Shown: positions 36,863 to 43,226 of the stretch, one piece after another
Layout: the number at the start of each line of letters is the position of its first letter
Position numbering within the stretch: position 1 is the stretch's first letter
From: a virus
IMG/VR virus record: IMGVR_UViG_3300037721_000009
Location: 1 to 48,021 of that record
Length of the DNA stretch: 48,021 nucleotides
Strand: one strand, 5' to 3'
Notes under the pieces: generated by a model
Told to the model about the DNA's origin: nothing
Databases searched by the model: none
The model's input: the letters and a program-made list of their open reading frames with translations, nothing else
Translations under genes and position numbers: made by a program

Positions 36863-37097
36863 GGATAACCGTCCTCTCGTTGCTCTTTAACTCGGATAAG
36901 CGGAGTTCAAAGGCCGCTGCTATGGATTCGTCTCGCTTGTTCGCGGCGATTACTGAGAATGCCGACTCAAGGCGCTCAGTGACGCGATCAGTCTCAATGC
37001 GCGACACAGACGCATCATGCCATAGGAACACAACGAACGCGCCGCATGCGAGGCCTGAGAGAAAGCGCCACGGCAGAGATAGGAGCCAGATAGGCAT
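36726..37097 (-). CDS. i-spanin (N-terminal TM + coiled-coil periplasmic domain, 123 aa)
   Basis: Track ORF. TAATG junction with the endolysin stop. Confidence 0.7.
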   Translation of the reverse strand: MPIWLLSLPWRFLSGLACGAFVVFLWHDASVSRIETDRVTERLESAFSVIAANKRDESIAAAFELRLSELKSNERTVIREREKIVELPVYRNICLEPRGVQLANDAKNGRITSKPTDAVPDPK

Positions 37098-37543
37098 TAG
37101 GATTCACCGTTGAACATTTTCAGTTCTGCTTTGCGACGGCGAGTTAATCCAGACATCACGCGACCATCGTTCTTGTCCCAGCGCAAAATCTGCAATCCGG
37201 CTCCATGGTAATCTCCAGCGTTGAGCATTTTGAGTAGCGTCGAACTGCGCAGACTGCCAATCCCAAGATTGTAGGTGAACGAAACAAGCGCATCGAATTG
37301 GTGTTGAGTAAGCGGAACGCGTACCAGTGACGATACAGCATTCTCGAACTTGACAAGGTCGCTAGCGAATCGTTTGTCTGCCTTATCCTTTGTCCATGCA
37401 GTTCCTGGACCGATATCCGACCCTGTGCTTCCCCAGCCAATCGTCCATGGCTTACCATCCTTGCTGCCAGGATCAGGGTATGCCTCAAGACGAAGCGACT
37501 CGAAGCTATGGATTAGGTCGATACCCGCTTGCGAAGTTTTCAT
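37097..37543 (-). CDS. Endolysin, GH24 lysozyme (148 aa)
   Basis: Track ORF. Catalytic pattern FESLRLEAYPDPGSKDGKPWTIGWG (E-x8-D...T). SD gaggtg. Confidence 0.88.
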   Translation of the reverse strand: MKTSQAGIDLIHSFESLRLEAYPDPGSKDGKPWTIGWGSTGSDIGPGTAWTKDKADKRFASDLVKFENAVSSLVRVPLTQHQFDALVSFTYNLGIGSLRSSTLLKMLNAGDYHGAGLQILRWDKNDGRVMSGLTRRRKAELKMFNGES

Positions 37544-37584
37544 CTGACACCTCGAAAATATATCCCCATCTTACCAAATATTCC

Positions 37585-37613
37585 TTGACCAATCGTCGCC
37601 ACTGGCTTAGGAT
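37585..37613 (+). promoter_or_regulatory. Sigma70-like promoter TTGACC-17-TAGGAT (plus strand)
   Basis: It lies in the 96-bp divergent region between the endolysin gene (-) and ORF 37640 (+). SD caggag follows. Confidence 0.45.
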
Positions 37614-37639
37614 TCGTTTAAGCCAACAGGAGCGCCACC

Positions 37640-37894
37640 ATGCACACAAAAACTGAAGCAGCATTCGTCAAGGCCATTCATCAGGCCATCTCATTCGCTG
37701 ACGACAAATTCCAGCGCTCTCGTACAAGCGAGTACAAACACATTTTCGGCATGCTGCGCGGTGCATTGCTTGTCGGCGGTATCAGTTACGAGATGTATTC
37801 CAAGCTCTACAGCCATGTGTGGGAATGCAAGTTCGACATGGAGGGCGTAGACATGGAAGATCCTGAACAAGCCGAACTGGATATGGAGGATTGA
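37640..37894 (+). CDS. Hypothetical protein with acidic C-terminus (84 aa)
   Basis: Track ORF. Confidence 0.55.
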   Translation: MHTKTEAAFVKAIHQAISFADDKFQRSRTSEYKHIFGMLRGALLVGGISYEMYSKLYSHVWECKFDMEGVDMEDPEQAELDMED

Positions 37895-37896
37895 TA

Positions 37897-38034
37897 GTGC
37901 ACACTGCCATGTGGGGATGCCTGATAAGCGCGAACATATTCCTTTCGCAAGGACAGTTAATAGTTGCAGGCGCATGGTTTGGTGCCGCTGTTATTTATGC
38001 TGCATTCATGGATTACGAGGAGGAAAATAAATGA
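37897..38034 (+). CDS. Small membrane protein (45 aa, GTG start)
   Basis: Hand-found ORF: VHTAMWGCLISANIFLSQGQLIVAGAWFGAAVIYAAFMDYEEENK. SD ggagga lies 6 nt upstream. Confidence 0.45.
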   Translation: MHTAMWGCLISANIFLSQGQLIVAGAWFGAAVIYAAFMDYEEENK

Positions 38035-38204
38035 AAACTCTAAAACTAGGCTGCACAATCGTATTCCTCGTGGCTGCATTCGTAGTCAGCAGTCACATGA
38101 GCTTTCAAGACGGACTAGACGAGCAGGTGTTCCGCTGCAAGATGATCGCGGAAGGAACCTATCCGAACGTTGACGGATACTTCGAAAAGGTATGCAAGTC
38201 ATGA
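38031..38204 (+). CDS. Small secreted/membrane protein (57 aa)
   Basis: Hand-found ORF: MKTLKLGCTIVFLVAAFVVSSHMSFQDGLDEQVFRCKMIAEGTYPNVDGYFEKVCKS. It has ATGA overlaps at both ends. Confidence 0.5.
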   Translation: MKTLKLGCTIVFLVAAFVVSSHMSFQDGLDEQVFRCKMIAEGTYPNVDGYFEKVCKS

Positions 38205-38329
38205 TTTTCTGGTGGATCTGCGCAATTCTGGTTATCAATCTTCGGGCCTGCGTTGGTTTGATTTTTACCAGCCAGAACCGCCGCATGGAAAAACACAAAG
38301 AGTTTATGGGGGGTGTATGGAAAGCGTGA
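38201..38329 (+). CDS. Small membrane protein (42 aa)
   Basis: Hand-found ORF: MIFWWICAILVINLRACVGLIFTSQNRRMEKHKEFMGGVWKA. Confidence 0.45.
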   Translation: MIFWWICAILVINLRACVGLIFTSQNRRMEKHKEFMGGVWKA

Positions 38330-38871
38330 AGCGTTACCACTTAGGAGACATGGGTCTTATTGACGGTGAATCCCTAGGTCGACTCAACGTTGTGCTGGCC
38401 GCCGACTTCGACCGCGTCCAGGCCGAGAACCTGGCCCTGCAAGAGCGCCTCAATACGGAAGATGAGCTGGCAAACACGAACGCCTATGTAATGCGTGAAA
38501 ACGCAAGATTGAAAGAGTCGCTCAACCAGCGCGACGAAGCGAACCACGACCTGAAACAGCGGCGCTACGCAGAGCAGCAGGCGCGGGAGGCGGCAGAGCG
38601 TGTTGCAGAGCGGTATCGCTGGCTTCGAAAAACCACGCCATATCGTTTCAAGAAAATGCAGGACGCCTCGGTAACTGATGGTGGTGACGTGCTGTATTTC
38701 CATGCGGACAGGTTCGATGCCGCTGTAGACGCCAGCATCGAAGCCGCCCTCAACCCCACCGCCGTGGCGGAAATCGCAGGATCTACCTGCAATCAGATCC
38801 GCGAAGAAAACAATCTGCCGACCAACATTCCTTGCGTGGCCTGTAACGGCGGCGCGTGCATAGACCGGTGA
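38317..38871 (+). CDS. Hypothetical coiled-coil protein (184 aa), first gene of the GC-rich block
   Basis: Track ORF 38170..38871 trimmed to ATG 38317, because the upstream part overlaps the small membrane ORFs. Confidence 0.55.
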   Translation: MESVKRYHLGDMGLIDGESLGRLNVVLAADFDRVQAENLALQERLNTEDELANTNAYVMRENARLKESLNQRDEANHDLKQRRYAEQQAREAAERVAERYRWLRKTTPYRFKKMQDASVTDGGDVLYFHADRFDAAVDASIEAALNPTAVAEIAGSTCNQIREENNLPTNIPCVACNGGACIDR

Positions 38872-38876
38872 CTTCC

Positions 38877-39668
38877 ATGAAGAATACAACCGTAACCCTG
38901 TCGCGGGAGTTTGAACGCGAAGATCGCTATGTTGTGATCAAGCGCAGCGATCTTGAAACAATCCCCAATCGTCCGGTAGTGCATGAGTTTCTTGCCGCCT
39001 TGGCCGAAGTAAGCGCGCACAGCTGTCGCATACCGCAGCGTCGTTTCCTTGTAATCGAAAGCGACTGGCCGGAGTACGAACCGACATGGGCGGCCATCGA
39101 ACGACGCATGACTGGCGCCGCCCTGGCTGAGCCTGTGCCGCCTGCTGGCGGGGCGTTGGAAGTGTTCAACATGCGCAATGTCATGACCTGCTGTGAAAGC
39201 GCCTCGACTTTTCACCTGGTAGCAGGAACATCAAACTGGTGCGCCACTCTGGCAATACAACTGAACAAGGTAGTCCACGCCCACGTCAACCGGCCCCAAG
39301 CTGAGGTGGAAGTCCTGGCCGTTCTTGATCGTCATGCCGAAGGTGGCGTTACCTTCAGTCAGGATGCCCTTTCTTACGCTTATCACGGCACCGAACTGGT
39401 AGACCGCGAGGTCGTCACCCGGCTACAGGCTGAGGTGGAACAGTGGAAAGGTTCTCGTAACGACCTGATCAAAGGAAACGATGAACTGCACTCGCAGATA
39501 GCTGACCTGCAATCCGAGCTGACCAAGGCGCGGGAGTTGCTGGGCCGTGTGTACGACGCTGACTTAGCTGCACGTCATCATCAGCCGTACAACGTCACAA
39601 AAGTAATTGACGACGTCGAGAACTTCCTCGCCCACCAATCCGCGCCAGCCGAGAAGGGTGGAGAATAA
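38877..39668 (+). CDS. Hypothetical protein (263 aa)
   Basis: Track ORF 38856..39668 trimmed to ATG 38877. Confidence 0.6.
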   Translation: MKNTTVTLSREFEREDRYVVIKRSDLETIPNRPVVHEFLAALAEVSAHSCRIPQRRFLVIESDWPEYEPTWAAIERRMTGAALAEPVPPAGGALEVFNMRNVMTCCESASTFHLVAGTSNWCATLAIQLNKVVHAHVNRPQAEVEVLAVLDRHAEGGVTFSQDALSYAYHGTELVDREVVTRLQAEVEQWKGSRNDLIKGNDELHSQIADLQSELTKARELLGRVYDADLAARHHQPYNVTKVIDDVENFLAHQSAPAEKGGE

Positions 39669-39904
39669 TGGTCAGCATATCTCGTGATCTCCTTGAGCGT
39701 ATCGCCGCCGAACTATACGTCCGTTGGGCTGACGGCGCCGAGGTGTACGAAGAACTGACATCAGTGTTGGCCGAGCAGCCCGCGCCGGTATCGGTGGTGT
39801 TACCTGAACGCAACAACGCTTCGCTCAACCTGAACGAAGAACAATGCGGCTACGTTGACGGCTGGAACGCCTGCCTCGACGAAGTTATCAGGCTCAACCA
39901 ATGA
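39668..39904 (+). CDS. Hypothetical protein (78 aa)
   Basis: Track ORF with a TAATG junction. Confidence 0.55.
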   Translation: MVSISRDLLERIAAELYVRWADGAEVYEELTSVLAEQPAPVSVVLPERNNASLNLNEEQCGYVDGWNACLDEVIRLNQ

Positions 39905-40179
39905 CCCCACTCCAAATGTACAAACTAGGCTACACAAACAAGCAGATAGCGGAGAGTTTCAAGATCAGTAGCTCTACTCTGTCAAGGATGTTGCTTGCTG
40001 ATCCAGAGTACAAGCCAACAAAGCGCGATTCGCGGGTAAGCCTGGACATCATCAAGGAAACACTGCGCATCCGAGGTAAGGGCGCGACATGGATGGACGC
40101 AGCACATTACATCGGATACCATGAGCGAACATTGCAGAGGGCGGTTAAATACTATGCAGCACAAGGTCTTATCGAATAA
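39901..40179 (+). CDS. HTH protein (92 aa)
   Basis: Track ORF. GYTNKQIAESFKISSSTLSRML resembles the HTH of the 491-aa protein. Confidence 0.55.
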   Translation: MTPLQMYKLGYTNKQIAESFKISSSTLSRMLLADPEYKPTKRDSRVSLDIIKETLRIRGKGATWMDAAHYIGYHERTLQRAVKYYAAQGLIE

Positions 40180-40336
40180 GTATTACCTCGAAGGCAAGTT
40201 AGCCTATCTGGAGAACAAACATGAATGTCCGTATCAGCCAGGACCAGAGAAAGGAATGTGGCTCGCAGGCGTTACAGAGATGCGCGAAGAACTTAGAGTT
40301 CTCAGAGAAAGTTTGCAGTTGCAAGCACGAGCTTAG
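40154..40336 (+). CDS. Ribosome-modulation-factor (RMF)-like mini-protein (60 aa)
   Basis: Track ORF 40121..40336 trimmed to ATG 40154. YYLEGKLAYLENKHECPYQPGPEKGMWLAGVTEM fits the RMF signature Y-x2-G-x2-A-x6-CPY-x9-WL-x-G. Confidence 0.5.
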   Translation: MQHKVLSNKYYLEGKLAYLENKHECPYQPGPEKGMWLAGVTEMREELRVLRESLQLQARA

Positions 40337-40427
40337 CGGTACGGGTGGAGTATTCCTGCAATCACTGGGGATAATTCTTTGTAATGAGTGCAAGGGTGAG
40401 CAGCCGATTAGGAAGCCGATAAAATGA
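40221..40427 (+). CDS. Cys-rich small protein (68 aa), overlaps the RMF-like ORF by 116 nt out of frame
   Basis: Track ORF. SD ggaga lies 8 nt upstream and it overlaps (ATGA) the next gene. Pattern: CSCKH...CNEC. It is unclear which of the two overlapping ORFs is real. Confidence 0.4.
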   Translation: MNVRISQDQRKECGSQALQRCAKNLEFSEKVCSCKHELSGTGGVFLQSLGIILCNECKGEQPIRKPIK

Positions 40428-40618
40428 GCCAACGAATCAAACTAAAATTCTTCCCGTTTCCAGACATGGTTTCGGATCTAGTTATCAACCTGGCCGACGA
40501 CGGTTGGGATATTGAAATGTCTCCGTGCCTTGAGACGGATCACTATGTTCTGATCGCGGAGAAGTGTTACGAAGGTGAGGAGCCTACGATATTTCCTGAT
40601 GGTCCGACTATCCACTAA
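40424..40618 (+). CDS. Hypothetical acidic protein (64 aa)
   Basis: Track ORF. It is the last plus-strand gene before the bidirectional terminator. Confidence 0.5.
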   Translation: MSQRIKLKFFPFPDMVSDLVINLADDGWDIEMSPCLETDHYVLIAEKCYEGEEPTIFPDGPTIH

Positions 40619-40621
40619 AAG

Positions 40622-40648
40622 AAACCCCGCTTATTAGGCGGGGTTTTT
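40622..40648. terminator. Bidirectional intrinsic terminator (AAACCCCGC-ttattag-GCGGGGTTT + TTT)
   Basis: 9-bp stem between the convergent plus-strand operon and the tailspike gene. Confidence 0.75.
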
Positions 40649-40650
40649 AT

Positions 40651-42786
40651 CTAGATTTCAATCCAGACAGAGCCACGCTTAAGTAGCTGGATACTGCCTT
40701 TGACCCCAAGTACAACGCTAGCCCCTGACTTGGTAATGATAAGCGCGTCGTTTTTAACGATGGTTGTGCTGCCGCCCATAGATACTATATTGACGATATC
40801 ACCATCAGCGGCGCCGGTCAGGAAGGTAATGCTAAGACCGGTGGCAGTTGTATACAGGTTACGCTTGCCGCCAGTTGCAGGAGTTCCGCCACCTATTAGG
40901 TAGAATGCATTATCTGTACAGATTCGACTCCATGTATTTGTTCCGTTCTCCACGGTAGCAGGGATAGTGCCGCTGTAAATATCTCCGATTAATGCCTCTG
41001 TGGAGTTGAATATGTTCACGGCAGCAGTACCAACAGCGCCGCCTACCCTGATTTTTTTGATAGTTACTTTTGAAGAATCGCGTATTTCAGCAACGTATGA
41101 AATCCCGCCCGCATCTGGCAGCGCATCTACGTCAATTTCGTCAATAGTGACGTTGCTGGCAAACCTGGTATGGAACATCGCCATGCCGTTTGTGGCGGAC
41201 GAGATAGGGGACCGACTGATGAGTCGGCCAACGCGGGAACCGTAGTAACCATCTTGTCCAATAGTGAACAGGCCCCCGGCACTGCCAACAGATTTTATTT
41301 CCTCAATACGGCAGACAACATTGGCCGGACCTACAGTCCCTGCACCTTGGCCCGTCAAATGGACGCAGCCGACCCGGTTAGACAGCGGACTGGTGTTGCA
41401 GTTAACGAAGTCCAAATATCCAATCTGAATCGTGCCGGTGATGTTGTCGTCAATCGCGGTGTTGACGGGGTTGTACACACACCCGGACACGCGCATAGAC
41501 CCTAGATACGTACGCTTTGCACTGCCGTTGATGTACAGCGCGTGACGCCCGTGACCGGTTGAGGCGTTGTTATCGAAATTGATCGATCCGATGAAAGTTG
41601 CATCCGCAGAAGTGTTGAAACCATATCCGTATTGCGCAAGGGTGCCTTTGATGTTTAGCAGCTCCACATGGTCTGCGATTACCGTCCCGCAAAACAAGGT
41701 ATGGATGCCTGTGCTTGCGCCGTCAATTACTGGTCGAACCAGCGTCACCAGGCGAACGTACTCGGCGCGAATGGCGCGATGGTACTTTGTGCGACCAGCA
41801 AATTCAGTGGTGTCGATAAAATACGGGCGAATCAGGTGAAGCTGATCGGTAGCGTTTGCGTAGAGGTAGAAGTCTTCATCCCCCACAAGCGTGTACGGCG
41901 CTCCAGTGAAGTCTATGGTGATGATGTTTGGGCATGTTATCTGCCCGGAAATAATACCGCCCGTTACGTCAGCAGTAAGTCTCGATCCATTGGCTATGGG
42001 CAAGACATGATTGAAGATGACGGTATGGTCACTGGATTCAAGCGCGCCGAACTGCGACATCTTAAACCCTGTGCCATCTTCGATACGAACAAAGGCACCA
42101 TTACCAGATGGGTCTGTTTCACCCGTGCCCGCGAGGAATGCTGAATGGGTAGCGAGAGTGCCGTCCCAAGGTACGGTTGGGGATATCACTTTCCCCCCAT
42201 CGTGGGTCGATTTTGCTGTGGCGGGACTCCATACGAAGGCGCCGCCCGCTCCCGTTCCGTTTGCGTAGTAGGCGCCCGAAAGGTAATGCCGATTAGTTTG
42301 CGCAGGAACTGCCTGAAAGTCTGCCAGCGAATTGATAACTAGCGGGACTCTCCCCACCAAGGCCGCACCTGAATCTGTCAGGTTTTCATCTGAAAGCGCC
42401 TGCCGTAATGATTCGTCGCCTACGTCAACCAGTAACGCCTCGTCGGTAGCCCAAGTGCCTGTCAGCATTACCGGGAAACTAGCCGGCATTTTCACACGAT
42501 ACACAGATCCAGCGCGGTCAATTAACTGCGTAGGTCGATCAACCTGCAATGGAGAGCCATCTACATAAGTCAGATGGTTAGGCTCAAATCCGCTATTAAT
42601 CAGGAATTGATTAAATGCCTGCTCCATCCCTGACCATGACTGTCGTAATACGCCAAGTCGATCAGGAGTGCTTGGGGCTGCACCATTCATCAGCTCGTCG
42701 AACACTTGGCTGTTATCGTACCTATCTCTGGCATCAGCAGACGGAACAGGATTCATCGTGTTATAGGTTGTCATGCTAGAGGCCAT
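40651..42786 (-). CDS. Tailspike / tail fibre with beta-helix (pectate-lyase-like) depolymerase-type body (711 aa)
   Basis: Track ORF. It has a conserved tailspike-type N-terminus (..SADARDRYDNSQVFDELMNG..DRLG..) and a long Gly/Asn/Thr-rich repetitive central region. It is the last gene of the tail operon. Confidence 0.7.
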   Translation of the reverse strand: MASSMTTYNTMNPVPSADARDRYDNSQVFDELMNGAAPSTPDRLGVLRQSWSGMEQAFNQFLINSGFEPNHLTYVDGSPLQVDRPTQLIDRAGSVYRVKMPASFPVMLTGTWATDEALLVDVGDESLRQALSDENLTDSGAALVGRVPLVINSLADFQAVPAQTNRHYLSGAYYANGTGAGGAFVWSPATAKSTHDGGKVISPTVPWDGTLATHSAFLAGTGETDPSGNGAFVRIEDGTGFKMSQFGALESSDHTVIFNHVLPIANGSRLTADVTGGIISGQITCPNIITIDFTGAPYTLVGDEDFYLYANATDQLHLIRPYFIDTTEFAGRTKYHRAIRAEYVRLVTLVRPVIDGASTGIHTLFCGTVIADHVELLNIKGTLAQYGYGFNTSADATFIGSINFDNNASTGHGRHALYINGSAKRTYLGSMRVSGCVYNPVNTAIDDNITGTIQIGYLDFVNCNTSPLSNRVGCVHLTGQGAGTVGPANVVCRIEEIKSVGSAGGLFTIGQDGYYGSRVGRLISRSPISSATNGMAMFHTRFASNVTIDEIDVDALPDAGGISYVAEIRDSSKVTIKKIRVGGAVGTAAVNIFNSTEALIGDIYSGTIPATVENGTNTWSRICTDNAFYLIGGGTPATGGKRNLYTTATGLSITFLTGAADGDIVNIVSMGGSTTIVKNDALIITKSGASVVLGVKGSIQLLKRGSVWIEI

Positions 42787-43226
42787 TCCTTATTAATGGT
42801 TAGATCGAAAAGTTCGCTGTATAGGATGTCGTCAGGGAATTCACCCTCACCAACTGGAGGTGCGGCCCTAAATCTTAATTCAAGCTCTGCTGAGTACGAC
42901 CATAGGTGCGGACCAACTTCTGATGGCCCCGAGTAGACACCAGTAAATCGACAGTCGTGCGAATACACGCCCATTGGCGTCTTGAGTGGCATCTCAAACC
43001 ACAGGGCACCGTCAACCAGCTGATCTCGCCACCAGGCCTCAAAAGCCTGACCCTGAAGATCTGTGAACAGCCAGCTTATTTTTGCGTATTGCGGAACGCT
43101 GGTGAATTTCCTGCGCTGACGAGCACGACCGCTTGCTAGACTTGAGCGCATTAGCGGGCTTTCTAGCTGGTAACTTCTACCGCTATGCAATCCTAGCGGT
43201 AGATTTGCCGGGTAATAAATCGTCAT
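42771..43226 (-). CDS. Tail-associated hypothetical protein (151 aa)
   Basis: Track ORF between the J-like and tailspike genes, overlap-coupled. Confidence 0.5.
   Translation of the reverse strand: MTIYYPANLPLGLHSGRSYQLESPLMRSSLASGRARQRRKFTSVPQYAKISWLFTDLQGQAFEAWWRDQLVDGALWFEMPLKTPMGVYSHDCRFTGVYSGPSEVGPHLWSYSAELELRFRAAPPVGEGEFPDDILYSELFDLTINKEWPLA

Noticed and set aside
38374-39215. Minus-strand ORFs 38374..38889 (171 aa), 38565..38792, 38793..39215 (140 aa) and 38927..39184
   Set aside because: They fall in the GC-rich block, where long antisense open frames arise by chance. The plus-strand ORFs are translationally coupled to their neighbours and fit the operon.
41000-42568. Series of plus-strand ORFs inside the tailspike gene, and similar ORFs inside the J-like gene (43568..45785)
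   Set aside because: They are antisense to long ORFs that are supported by position and motifs. Their compositions are Pro/Ser/Arg-rich, typical of shadows.
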